Origin: Chara braunii
Taxonomy: Eukaryota > Plantae > Charophyceae
Direction of reading: 5' to 3'
Assembly: GCA_003427395.1 (NCBI GenBank)
Contig: BFEA01000015.1
Location: 2,465,029-2,517,327, forward strand
Length of the DNA stretch: 52,299 nt
Of this stretch, positions 35,380 to 47,415 are shown one piece after another (within the stretch, counting starts at the first letter, position 1; each line of letters starts with the position of its first letter). The position numbers were made by a program, and so were the translations under genes. The notes beneath the pieces are model-generated. The model searched no databases. It was not told the DNA's origin and saw only the letters and a list, made by a program, of their open reading frames with translations.

Positions 35380-36240
35380 GGGAGGGAAGGATGTATTGAT
35401 GGATGGGATTGATAGACGGGTGGATGGGATTGATAGACGGATGGATGGGATTGATAGACGGATGGACGGAGGTATGATTGGATGATTGGGTGGATGGGTG
35501 GATGGATGGACGGATTTATGCATGAATTTTTGGATAAATCGGTGGATGGATATGGATGATGGATGGATCCGTCCATCCGCAGTTTTTTTATGCATTCGTT
35601 AGTTTGATCCACGATTTTGATGCACCGATAATCCCGCGAGCTGTTTCTTTTGTCAACTTTCTCTCTTCCGCTCTGTTTGCACCGTTAAACGGATGTGAGG
35701 ATGAACAAAAAAAGAACAGATTTGAGGAAAGAAACCGAACAAACGAACACAGCCTCAGGGGTGGAAGGGTGTGGGCGAGAGGCTTCGTCGCGTTCAATGG
35801 CATGCTCATTAGAGGAGGATTGTCGGATTTGATGCGGGCTAAGATCTTTATAGTGAATAGAGCTCCCGTGTGGAGGGGTGTGGGGGAGAGGCGTAGGGGA
35901 GTTTGTGGTGCGATGTCCAAGGCGCGTTATGATCATTGTTGAAGAAGAAGAAGAAGAAGAAGAAGAAGAAGAAGAAGAAGCGAAAGTGTGAAAGAAAACG
36001 AAGGAGGATAAGAAGAAAAAGAAGAAGGAAGAGGAAGAAGAGGAAGGAGTAGGAGGAACAATCAAATAATAATAATAATAGTAATAATAATAATAATTAT
36101 TATTATAAGAATAATAATAAGAATAAAGTGTGGCAGGAAGAGGAGGAGGTGAAGGAGGAGGAGGAGGAGGAGGAGGAGGAGGAAGAAGAAGAAGAAGAAG
36201 AAGAAGAAGAAGAAGAAGAAGAAGAAGAAGAAGAAGAAGC
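35380..36240. repeat. Compound simple repeats: (GATG)n-like, (GAA)n, (AAT)n, (GGA)n
   Basis: Directly visible. Confidence 0.85.
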
Positions 36241-36727
36241 TGTGGTAATTCCACGACTTGCGGGTCGAAAAGGAACCGGACTGACACTCCCCAGAATGGA
36301 AAAGGAGCCAGGCCGCAAGGTCCTGTTTATTAAAAAAAGACAAAAACAAAAAAGAAAGAAGAAGGTGTAAGGTGGCAACAGTGGATTTAGTGCCGCACAC
36401 GAAGAATGAGAATTGCGATGAGAAAGAAGTGAATCAGTTCATCAGTTGCCCCATTAGGTAAGCACAATCAATTTATCAAATCGGATCGATGGATTAACTC
36501 CCCAATGGATTGATATATTCCTCACTACAGTCTACCACTGAACACAATATCATGACTGTTATCTAGACTGGAATAGCGTTTGTATACGTTCATCGTGACG
36601 GGGCGTTATGTTTGGGGGAAGAAGGTACCTTGCTCACTTACTCCCCTGCTTGCTTGAGTGGTGGGAGGTTTGAAGGTTTGATTAATAAATAAACAGATGG
36701 TTGGGGGATGATGGCATGTGGTCTTAA

Positions 36728-36888
36728 ACCACCAGTTCACACGAGCCTAAGTATACGAAGCTGGCTTCCAAGGCTCGCGAGCCTGCAACTGCGCCTCTTC
36801 AAAGTGGCCTACCCCTTTTGCTGCCGGCCCAGGCCCGAAGTCAAGTACTCTTACCTCGTATACACCTAGGTTCAAGTGAAGTGGTGGT
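36728..36888. mobile_element. Small member of the TTAA/ACCACCAG family (161 bp)
   Basis: TTAA|ACCACCAGTTCACACGAGCCTAAGTATACGA ... TCGTATACACCTAGGTTCAAGTGAAGTGGTGGT|TTGA. Confidence 0.7.
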
Positions 36889-37044
36889 TTGACTGCTGCC
36901 ATCCACCATAGGGGGATACGCAACTCCCTCGATTTAAAAAGACCTCGGAGCGGATTTTGTCTGGAAAGTAGCAGATTGGCAGTAATCCCCTCCCCGCTCC
37001 TATAAGGTAGCATACGACTTTACTGCATCATTACGTGCACCATG

Positions 37045-37129
<85 letters not shown>

Positions 37130-38037
37130 AAGAGAAGCTTAGCTGGACTTAGCTGGTGGTATTGGCGTGTGGAGAGAGAGATAGAGCCTTGCTTCAGAGG
37201 CCCGGGATTGTCTTGTCCGGTGTCATTCTTCTTTGCGCTGGCTCGTAACAGACATTGACTTGGAGAGATTCTTTTGCAGCATTGGCGAGGTGTTATGTCT
37301 GGAGACAATGGTTTCTTCACTACCGTCTTCCCCCCAACACAACGCACTCCTCATCCTGACTCTATAGTACCGCAAAAAATTAGCTCGCTTGTATGGTACG
37401 TTCATGATCCGGGTACGTTGTTTTCGAGGGTAGGTAAGATGGTCGTAGTTGATAGGGTGGGTAGTGCTGAGGTGGTAATTAAGAGGAAGGAGAGAGCCCG
37501 GTGGTAGAAGGGGGTGGGTGAGACGAGACCAGACTTTCTACCTAATGATCCATTCTTCTTCTATCGTACTTTTTCCCCCCATCCTTTTTCTGTTGTCTAT
37601 TTCGTTTGCTGTTCCCATTCGTTGAGCATTGAGAGCTTTGCGCATGATGATGATAGGGGTCACCGAATTGGGACAGAAGAATGGGGAACTCAGCAAGGCA
37701 TACACATTCCATGAGCAAAAGTCAGAAATCAGCTGTGTGTCTCAGTCCGTGTTTGGCAGGTCATTACACTATGGTTAGGGTTATACTGCGATATGAGTGA
37801 GTGAGTGAGTGAGTGAGTAAGATGCACTGGTTCTCTCTTCTGGTGGTCGATATTCAGATGTTGAGAGTGCGGAGAAATTGCTCAACCTTAGTCTCTTGTG
37901 AACAATGTGAGTGTTGTCTTTTCGGAGTATCCCCCTTAGTGATGTGGGTGTTGTCTTCGTTGGGAGTATCCCCATAGTAAAGGGGGGGGGGGGGGGGGTG
38001 TTTTGGGGTATCCCCNNNNNNNNNNNNNNNNCCCCTG

Positions 38038-38101
<64 letters not shown>

Positions 38102-39005
38102 CCTTCGCCTGACCTCTTCCCTCGTACTCCACCCAACTTCTACGCTTCCCCCTCCTTCCCTTTGCCCTCACTTCGCCGGACCTCTCAATGCCGTCGGTCC
38201 TCTGCCTCCCGTCGTCCTCCCAACCTGCTCCTCTTCAACCTCGGACCTCCCTCCAACCGACCTTCTGCCCTCCGTTTCCGCCGACGTCCTCTACCTCTCC
38301 CACCTCCCTCCGACCTCCCTCCCACCGACCATCTCCCTCCGCTTCCTTCTTCGCACAATCTCCGCCTAACCTCCTCCCTGCCCGGATCTCCTCCCTTTCC
38401 TTCCTCCGCCCTATCGCCACCTTCGCCTGCGATCTGCTCCTCCTCCTTCCTCCGCCCGATCTGCACCTGACCTCCTCCCTCCATTCCTCCCCCCGCCGAC
38501 CTCCGCCGACCTCCTCCAGCTTCCCAACATACCTCCGTCCTTCTTCCCCCCGACCACCTCCCTCCCCTTACTTTCTTCGCTCAGTCTCTGCCTGACCTCC
38601 TCCCTCTCCCTTCCTCCGCCTGACCTGCGCCCTCCCCCTTCCTTCCTCTCCCCGTTCCCTTTCCTTCCTCTCCACCTGACGTCCTCCCTCCATTCCTTCC
38701 CCTTCACCCTTCCACCTGCCTCCGTCCTTCCTCCATCTGGCCGGCCTCCCTCTTCCGTAGTGCCCGCCCTAAGCATCTCCATTTTTTTCTTTTTCTGATG
38801 GACGTCAACGCTGCATTCTTTTCAAGATCCCAATAACGGTGCAAGTGCGCAAAAGAGAGGGAAAGGAGACACACACATTTCCCCAACACTTTCCTCTTCC
38901 AAGACATCCTCATGCTCTTCCTTCCTCTTCGCGCTCTTCCTTCCCCGCACCTTCACGGTATATTTTTTTCAACAGTTCACGCTCTTCCTCCCCTATCCCC
39001 TACAC

Positions 39006-39043
39006 CTGTCTCTTATACACATCTAGATGTGTATAAGAGACAG
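39006..39043. other. Nextera mate-pair junction adapter (assembly artefact)
   Basis: Exact CTGTCTCTTATACACATCTAGATGTGTATAAGAGACAG. Confidence 0.97.
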
Positions 39044-39278
39044 TAGTAGTACTATGGCTGTTGTCGTTTGGGGTATGCCTACCTGGGAGCTGAATGGTGC
39101 ACAGTAATATACGCACCTACTGTAGCAGTGTTTTTTTTTTGTTTGAACCTAGCTGTGATAAATAACAGCCCATGATTTCAAACTTCAAGTCCTGTTCTCA
39201 GTAATACTCAAGGGGGCTGTCCCCTGTGTCGAAGTGAAAAAAAGACGAAAAGAAAATCTAGTTTCTTGTCACTGGTGA

Positions 39279-39327
<49 letters not shown>

Positions 39328-39687
39328 ATGTCGAGTGTGAAGATGTAATTAGCAATCTGTGTGACTATTGTTTTATGCAAGGAAGATCGGTAGGCCCTCC
39401 GTGCACGAAGAACGGAAATCTCAGCTATGGCGACGTCACATGCAGTCTGGAGAGGTTCACACGAGATGCAAAGTAGGGCAGGACACCGCAAATTGTGTGC
39501 CGCGCACGAAGAATGAAATATATTAACTTTAAATAAGTAACATGTCATCTAACTGTGTTCCCCGACAGGTATGGAGATCGGTTCTTGTCGGCTGCTTATG
39601 CGCGAAACAAAGGCAACTATACTGTTGTGACACAATTTGTGGTGGGTTAAAAGCCCTGCGACAGTGCGAAGGGTGGGTGTTGCAGTC

Positions 39688-42258
39688 ATGGCAGAAGCAT
39701 CCTCTTGGGGAGAAGCAGGTGGGGACATGGCTCATGGAGATGGAGATGGAGATGGAGATGGAGATGCTCTATCCTGGATGGATTTCAGCTCTAAGGAATT
39801 TGTCAAGGAGTATCGGGAGATCGAGAGGCTGGCCGCAGCCGTTGATCCCGAAACAGAGCCGTTCAGATCAAAATATAAAGCGATGGAACGTCTCGAGGCT
39901 TTGCAAAGGAGGGCGGCATGGTATGCTGCGCCTGCGCAAACAGTAGACGAGGGGAAGGAGACGTCTCAATCTGCTCGGGAGGTGGAAGAGGCCAAGGATA
40001 TGGTTGCACTGCTGGATCAGAGAATAGGGGCACTTGCAGTCGACACGGAACAGCTGGGGCTTGCACAGAGATCACTGCTATTGGCAATTGAGAGGTTAAA
40101 GACGAACGAAGATCGGCATGCAGAAGTCTTGCAGCACTCGTATAACCTCCTCGGAGTGATCTGGTCAAACAGGAATGAACATCAAAAAGCGGAGGCCTAT
40201 CTCCTTGAAGCAGAGAGAATTTATAAGCATCATTCCCCCGGGCGTTCTGTTTCATCGCATGTTGCCGACCGGGGTGTGTTGCTCCCCTTCTATGTTGACG
40301 ACCTCGATTCCTGCCTTCCAACCGCTTGTGGCGATGGACAAACAGAAGCTTCGGCAGCAGCCCCTGTCATTCAGAATGGCGTGGTCAATCAAGACGAGAC
40401 CGGTGAAGCAGCAGCACCAGCATCAGAATGCAGTCGTATGCCAAGTTCCACTATGGAGAGTAGTAGGGAAGGCCATGAAGACGTAGTAGTAGCCAATAAA
40501 ACCCCTGAAGGGCCTGAACCATCAAAAGGGTCCAATCTTAGAGGGCCCAGTGACCCCCAAAACGAAGTGCTGGGTAGCGGTGACCGTGATTCGTCGATAG
40601 GGAGGATGGTGGGGACCACGGAAATGGGTCGACCGTGCTCGATCCATGGCACCTCAGAACATCTTCTTCCTGATGAAAGAGGATCTTCCGTTGAAGAAGA
40701 GAAGGCATCAGATGGGGGGAGCAATAGGGGTAGCGAGGAAGGGAAGGGGGGGGAGAGGACGCCTCGGCAAGGAGTAGCAGACCAAACTGTTAAAGCTGGA
40801 AAGCAGTTGTCTCAGAGAATGGAGATTCTGTACACCTTGACAGCGTTTTACCTGGCACAGGTGTATGAACGTCTGAACGAGACGAGGAAAAGTGCGGCGT
40901 ACTGCATGACGACACTGAACCGTCAGCTGGAGTATGGAGACACGTTTGAATGTCTCGAGTGGGTGAGGAATTGTACTCAGCTAGCTGAGTTTTACACTCA
41001 AGAGGGGGAGTTGAGCAACGCATTGTATTGCCTGTCAGCTGCTCAGGCAGTTCTAGCGAAGAACAGTGGCGAGTTCTCGAAGTCGGGTTTCTCTGCAGTG
41101 GATGCAGAAGCAAACATCATGCTTAGTAGGGGTAGAGTTCACATGCGATGTCTAGGAATGTCTCGGGACCGTGCAGTTGACCGAGAGGGAGAAGAAGAAG
41201 CACAGGATGCAGGTGTTGACGAGTCAGAAAAGAGGGACCAAGAGGGAGAAGAAGCAGCACAGGATGCGGGTGCTGATGAGTCAGAAAAGAGGAGGATATC
41301 CGGTGCGGGCAGCGTGCCGAATGGTTCTGGCTGCGGAAGGGCTGGAGATGTGTGCGTGGTGCAACAGGAAAAGCCTGAGGAAAGAAAGGAGGAGGAGGAA
41401 GGAGCAGTGCGCACGGAGAGCCATGCCCGACAAAAGGTAGGCGAAGCGGAGGAGGACGGAAACCAGAGAAGCTGTGCTGCTGTTACTCCAAATTTCCGAA
41501 AGCTCAATCTTCCTGTGCCTTCTCCGGAGGACGAGTTTGGCAGCAAGGATGGGCTTGTGGTCGACTACCAAGGTGCGGTAAGACAATTCAATGAGGGAAT
41601 GAAGTATTTCAAAAGAGCTCTTGAGCGTTACGTTCTTGACGGCTTTGTCACTGATCACTTCTTTATCCTGATGGACATCAGCACAATTCACAAATATCTG
41701 GCATATTTCGAGAAGAACGTCAAGCGCTGCAGTCAAATCCACAAAAGGCGAGCAACTCGTCTTGAGGTGCTTGCGGAACAACTCAACCCTGATGCGTACC
41801 CCCTGATATGGAAGCAACTGAACACAGAACTCGGTGCGATCTACCGCGAGGTGGCGGAGCGTCTGAGCGAGGTAGACGCCTCTGCCGCAAAGGTGGCAGC
41901 TGCAGCACTGCAGTCTGTCACGTTCTACGAGCGTGTCTTCAGCGTTTCTGACGTTGGTAAGATTCAAGAGGATCATCACCGCAATTTGACGATCGCTTTT
42001 TCCCTGGCAAGAATGTATCAGAAGCTGCATGGATGCAGCAAGGAGGAGGCGGTGTCCAGTCTTCTTCAGAGAGATGGTGGTGATTCACTTGCGTATCTGA
42101 AGAAGAGTCTGGACATGTATAACTTCGTTGTGGAGTATGGCAGCAAGCACTATGTTCAGGGGATGCAGGAACATATTGCCTTGTGCAAGGAGATGGCAGA
42201 ACTTCTGCCTGCATCCATTGCTGCACAGGCGAGCGGTTACAGACAAGTACAAAGATAG
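39688..42258 (+). CDS. KIFBP: KIF-binding protein (KBP/KIFBP) homologue, TPR-like, 856 aa, single exon, with long low-complexity inserts
   Basis: DPETEPFRSKYKA, YNLLGVIWSNR, LYTLTAFYLAQVY..SAAYCMTTLNRQLE, EWVRNCTQLAEFY, YVLDGFVTDHFFILMDIS..KYLAYFE, HKRRATRLE, QLNPDAY and LCKEMAELLP match recalled KBP motifs. First ATG at 39688 (ORF track uses TTG 39637). Confidence 0.88.
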   Translation: MAEASSWGEAGGDMAHGDGDGDGDGDALSWMDFSSKEFVKEYREIERLAAAVDPETEPFRSKYKAMERLEALQRRAAWYAAPAQTVDEGKETSQSAREVEEAKDMVALLDQRIGALAVDTEQLGLAQRSLLLAIERLKTNEDRHAEVLQHSYNLLGVIWSNRNEHQKAEAYLLEAERIYKHHSPGRSVSSHVADRGVLLPFYVDDLDSCLPTACGDGQTEASAAAPVIQNGVVNQDETGEAAAPASECSRMPSSTMESSREGHEDVVVANKTPEGPEPSKGSNLRGPSDPQNEVLGSGDRDSSIGRMVGTTEMGRPCSIHGTSEHLLPDERGSSVEEEKASDGGSNRGSEEGKGGERTPRQGVADQTVKAGKQLSQRMEILYTLTAFYLAQVYERLNETRKSAAYCMTTLNRQLEYGDTFECLEWVRNCTQLAEFYTQEGELSNALYCLSAAQAVLAKNSGEFSKSGFSAVDAEANIMLSRGRVHMRCLGMSRDRAVDREGEEEAQDAGVDESEKRDQEGEEAAQDAGADESEKRRISGAGSVPNGSGCGRAGDVCVVQQEKPEERKEEEEGAVRTESHARQKVGEAEEDGNQRSCAAVTPNFRKLNLPVPSPEDEFGSKDGLVVDYQGAVRQFNEGMKYFKRALERYVLDGFVTDHFFILMDISTIHKYLAYFEKNVKRCSQIHKRRATRLEVLAEQLNPDAYPLIWKQLNTELGAIYREVAERLSEVDASAAKVAAAALQSVTFYERVFSVSDVGKIQEDHHRNLTIAFSLARMYQKLHGCSKEEAVSSLLQRDGGDSLAYLKKSLDMYNFVVEYGSKHYVQGMQEHIALCKEMAELLPASIAAQASGYRQVQR

Positions 42259-42368
42259 GATGTGTGCGAGTATGCTGGTGATGCTGATGAAGGAGGTGTA
42301 CCCAATTACACTTTTCCTGGGGGGGGGAGGGGGAGGCAGGGGTGGGGGCGGGGAGGAGGCGTTCCTTC

Positions 42369-42752
42369 AGTTTCTATTGTTTTTTGTCACCATGTGTGGG
42401 GACCACACAGACATGTCTAATTCTTTGTAAAGGGTTCAACGTGACACTGCGAGCGAGGTATGGGGGCCGGGGGGGAACGGAGGATATTGTTGGGCCCCCA
42501 TTCCTTTAGTTTCTATTGGTTTTTGTCACCATGTGTGGGGACCACACAGACATGTCTAATTGAACTATTTTTTTGTAACGGGTTTAACGTGACACTGCAA
42601 GCGAGGTATGGGGGGCCGGGGGGGGAAGGGAGGATATTGTTGGGCCCCCATTCCTTTAGTTTCTATTGGTTTTTGTCACTATGTGTGGGGACCACACAGA
42701 CATGTCTAATTCTTTGTAACGGGTTTAACGTGACACTGCGAGCGAGGTATGG
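42369..42752. repeat. ~140-bp tandem repeat (~2.7 copies) downstream of KBP
   Basis: AGTTTCTATTG.TTTTTGTCAC.ATGTGTGGGGACCACACAGACATGTCTAATT...AACGTGACACTGC..GCGAGGTATGG occurs three times. Confidence 0.9.
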
Positions 42753-43309
42753 TGGACAGCGGAAGTTATATGTGCCGGCTGGTGCGCGCAAATGACGTGG
42801 GAAGAAGGGTGGACCAAATGCAGACAAAGTGTCCGATGCCCAGGTTGACGTCCCCGCAGGTTGCATCATGTCGGCTGCACAAGTTTCTTTTCTCTACATG
42901 GATTTCTTCGTCGATGGTTGGCAGTGTGAAACACGATCGGCACGGCTGTCAGTTTCTGTCGTGGTGTCTTTTGTAGGTGCAGTGTGCACGTGGTTGGCAC
43001 ATTCTCTTCTGCCTCCTGTTTGTTCTGTGTGGAAGGTTAACCAAGGGCGCCCTCTCACAGCCCACCATTGACGAGGAGGTAGTCCCAGCAAGCTGATATC
43101 GTGGTGGGGCAAGTCACAGGTCCACGACAGGTCAAAAATAAAAAAGAAGTCACAGGCCGATCACTTGTGCATCGGGCTTCAGATTAGCAATGGCGGTTGA
43201 ACCCTTTGTGGGTGCTTTGTTATTTCCTTCCTTCCCTTGTTTTTTATTTTTTTTGTTTCCTTCTTTGCTGCCCACAATGCACATTTGGCGTTGATTAATA
43301 TTTTTCCCG

Positions 43310-43660
43310 GAAATTTGTGTGGCTCTGCCTTGTGTTCTCTGTAGTGGATGATTTTTTTGCGTGTGTGAGGGTTGATGTGAGACACCCTCAACCCTTGCTT
43401 AAATTTTCCAGAAATCGCATGGTGTTTTGCGTGGCTCTGCCTTGTGTTCTGTGTAATGGATGATCTTTTCACGTGCGTGTGTGAGGGTTGATGTGAAACA
43501 CCCTAAACCTACCCTTGTTGTGTCTGTGACTCTTGAACCCTCCTGGGCAAGCTAACTGCGAGTTTATGTACCGTGACACCTGTTGAGTGCATTGGCTCCC
43601 GCCTTTTTTGCGAAAGGCGAGTTGATGTATCGTGACACCTGTGGAGCACATCGGCTAACC
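43310..43660. repeat. Local duplications (~85 bp x2 and ~40 bp x2)
   Basis: GTGGCTCTGCCTTGTGTTCT...GCGTGTGTGAGGGTTGATGTGA.ACACCCT twice; GCGAGTT.ATGTA.CGTGACACCTGT twice. Confidence 0.75.
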
Positions 43661-45187
43661 GCGAGGCAAGTCCTTTCTTTATTTTCCCCTTCATGCTTCT
43701 CCTCCTCCTTGTCCTCCTCTCTCTCCTCCTTTCTCACTGCTCCCCAACTGCTAACTCGGTATCCTCCTCTCAGATCTCCTCCTCCTACTCTTCCTCTTGC
43801 TGCTCTACCCCTCCTCTGCCTCCTCCCCTTCTTCTCCCTCCCTCCTCCTCTCCCCCTCCTCTGCATCCTCTCCCTCCTTCCTCCTCTCCCCCTCTTCCGC
43901 GTCCTCTCCCTCCTTCCCCTCCTTTCTTCTCCTCCTCTCCCGGCCCTCCTCTCCCCCCCCCCCTCCGCACTATGGAAATACGCATGGCGAATGTAATTCA
44001 GTCAGTTTGAAGTGAAAGATACAAGCACCAGTTCTCACATTTGGCGAAGAGGTGAGTGCTGCGTAGCTGGAATCTATTTCAACGCGGCCTCTGCGTTGAA
44101 ATTTTCAACGAGCGGTGAAACCGCGTTAAATCGGCCGTTGAATGCCAATTTGACAGGTTTCACCGCAGCCCGGGGAAAACGAAAACGGGCCTTTCAGCGC
44201 CCGCCCGCACCACACAAAACACCCCCTCCAAGGGACGAACGGCGACCTACAAAAATAAAGAATAAAAAAATGAACCCCCTGGCCCCCCCAAATACCCCCC
44301 GCCATCCTTCAAAACGAGACTGTCTTAGCTTTATTAGACACAAGCTATTCCAATGAGCTCGACTCGGTTTCCAAGCCATAAAAGACTGTTTATTTGCAAA
44401 AGAGATATCCTTTAGCCTCTTTTTCTTCAAAAATGGATCTCTCTCTCTCCCCAAAGACATTGGACACCACTCCGCGACCCTTCGACCCTTCCGCCCTTCT
44501 GCCCTGACAAGGTGCTCTGCCACCCAACAGCCCCCGCACCCCGTATCACCCATGTAACACACACCAGCACCCCCCGCCGTGAGGGCGGGGGGTATTTGGG
44601 GGGGCCAGGATGTTCAATTTTTTTATGTTTTATGTTTGTTCAGAGTGTGAGGGTTTGGTCGCCCAAGTGTCCTATGCCGTGGGGACTGGTCACGTTGATT
44701 TCAAACCGCCGGGAAGACCCCCATTTTGGTTTCAACGGGAATTCAACGCGGTTCCCCTGGGGTTCAACGAGGTTCAGCGGCCGTTCAATACCTCGCCCGG
44801 GGACTGGTCACCCTGAACATGTTACTCAGGGTGCGTGTGTCCGAGCCTAGCTTTGCATGGCAAGCTAAACTCTGGACGGCAATGCGTCCCGTTCATTCTG
44901 CGATTGGTTTGGGCACACTTTAACGCTGGAGCAGTCGAAGAAAGAGGAGCGTCCTGTGAAGTTGTGCCCCGGAACTGCGGCTGACATATTCCCTGAATAG
45001 TTGGAACTTGGAAATTTGGGAATTCGCCTTGCGTTTTTTCCATTCGAGAGAAAATTAAGGGGACCCCATTCAGTCTTGGGCCTTGTCTATGAATTGCCTT
45101 GAAAGCAGAGCTGAATTTCCCACTGGCAGTACGCACTCAGCAAAGGAATGTTGTGGTCCCTCTGGCTTTACCTACGCATGCAAATTA

Positions 45188-45300
45188 GACGCCGAGTTTT
45201 TAGAGGTTCCGAACTCGGCGTCAACTTATTTACTACTACTACCAGCATGATCAATCCAAGAACTGCCCAGCCTGGTCATGCTAGTAATAGTAGTAAATAA
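45188..45300. repeat. Two adjacent inverted repeats (11-bp perfect stem; 28-bp near-perfect stem)
   Basis: GACGCCGAGTT/AACTCGGCGTC (45188-45222) and TTATTTACTACTACTACCAGCATGATCA/TGGTCATGCTAGTAATAGTAGTAAATAA (45226-45300). Confidence 0.85.
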
Positions 45301-47263
45301 CTTGGTTTCCTTTTTTTTTTTTTTTTTTTTTTAAGTTTCCTGACACGATGCAAATGCAAATGGATTAGTATGTACCTTGCCTTAGGGATGCAAGATGATG
45401 TGCTGTAGCCAAAGGCTGGACAGTGGTGGTCCCCCACTCTCCCGGGTTGATTGAAAAAAAAAGAGAGGTTCCCCGTCGTCGAGGTGTTGTGTTGTAATGA
45501 ATGATCCCGTGTGTAAACTTACCCGTACATGGGTTCAGCTCACTTGAGAATCCCAATTGACCAATCCAAAAAGTTCGGAGGCTCAGGCCATCTGGACTGA
45601 AAGGGTTGGCGGTGCCTACCAAAACAAAACAAAAAAAAAAAAACCGAAAACGCTGCACTGGCGGTTTGGCAATGCCTGGCACGCAGCGGTGTCCGAGGCT
45701 CATGAAATTTTCCTTGGATGTACTCGTATTTTTCATTCATCTTTAAAGGACGAAGAGACCTGAGCTCTAGCTGGATCTGATGGTGCGCTGCAACTGGCCT
45801 CGCCACCGCCACCGCCACCACACGCTGTGTGTGCTGAGCCTTCGCTTATATCATGTCTCCTGCCTGCTTGTATCGACTTGAGTGGAAGGAACCGCAGAAA
45901 AGGGAGATGCCTCAGGCTGAAGGTGTGCTGAGATCTATTTATAGACTGCATCCAGAACAGGGGAAAATGGACGGAGGACAGGGAAGACGGTATCCAGGTG
46001 CTCTCGTCTGGCGATTCGCTTGCAGCATGGTTAGAAGAGAAGCAGAACAAGAATGCGGAGAGACAACAAAAAGACTAGTTAAAGAAAGCTGGAGAGGGAC
46101 AAGAGCAATTATGAACGAGATTCAAACACAAAGGGTACAAGGTCTATCACTTGGTCTGAATCACGTCATCGGTGCAGTGCAACAAGTCTCTGCACCTCAC
46201 CTGAGAAGGCATGAGGACGTACAGATTGATAGACAAGACACACGAAAGAAACGTTGTTAGAAGAAACGTTCTTCGCCTTGCTTCGTTTCTTTACTGGTGG
46301 GTGCAGTAGAATGACATTGTACCCATGAGCTGAAGGCTTTTGGGGGGGGAGAAGCAAAGTTCTACAGGTACTGCGGTCACCTCCACAGCAAATTGAACAA
46401 GGGGCCAAGGGGGTATTAAATAATAGTAATACTAGTAGACAGAAAAGTTGAAGAAACTTTGTGAGAGTATGTCATCATAATCCCATTGCAAGTCGCTCGG
46501 AAAAGTCTTCGCCTGAGTCTTTTCCGAGGTAGAATATATACATACATATATACTCCGACAAAACAGTTTGTCACAGCCCCTCGTTTGTTGTCCTCTTCTC
46601 CCTCTCTGCCTGCGCGGGCAGCTCTGTTTACATATCTACATATCCATATAGATATAATGCTCATCAGCCCCAGGCCATGTGAGAGCCCGCCGTGGCCTTT
46701 TTTTACCCGTCTGATCCTGGATCTGGCAAGTGCGATTCAGCCTCAAACGCTTTCTTTCGCCGCCACCTGGTGGTGTGTTGGGCAGACAACTGGGTACAGT
46801 GGATAGTCTGCCTGGTCGACAAATGCGCCACTGAGCTTTGATAGCTTTTGCGAATGCCAGAAATATCAAAAATATCAGAGAGAGCGTCAGAGTGTGTCCG
46901 GGAATGGGAGCCATTGTCAGGGATCGTGTTGGACTAGTGAGCTTTTGCCACGATTAACGTTGTGCATAAACAAATGTAGTCGCATGTTCAGTTTGGTTCA
47001 GCGAGAAGAAAAAGACCAAAAAGTGTATAGAATCTATAGATGGTTAAATTTAAAAAACAAACCATGTCAATGATTGTCGGACACTTACTCTCACATGTTC
47101 TGACAGCGTTTCCACATGCGCTACGCTGCCCGCCCCTTTTCTTAACCCCAAAGCGCCAAAGGAAAACTTTTTGGAGCCCGCCGTACTTGTACTGCAGCTT
47201 TCAATGGGGGGAATCCGTCCGAGAAAAATCTACAGTGACAAGGCACTTGGAGAGGTGATTTAA

Positions 47264-47415
47264 ACCACCACTAGTTGGCCCCTCGGTCGTGGAAAAATTA
47301 GAGCAGAAACGTTTCTACTTGGATGGATTTGGGCACTCAGCTCCCATAGATGCTCATACATTTCCTAAAATTGTGGCTTTGTTAACGGGGCATGTCTTTA
47401 GGAAGTACTGGTGGT
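47264..47415. mobile_element. Small member of the TTAA/ACCACCAG family (152 bp)
   Basis: TTAA|ACCACCACTAGTT ... AAGTACTGGTGGT|TTCA. Confidence 0.65.

Noticed and set aside
41281-42030. 249-aa antisense ORF within KBP, and antisense ORFs within taxilin and the AIPP1-like gene
   Set aside because: Shadow frames of genuine CDSs with no recognisable motifs.
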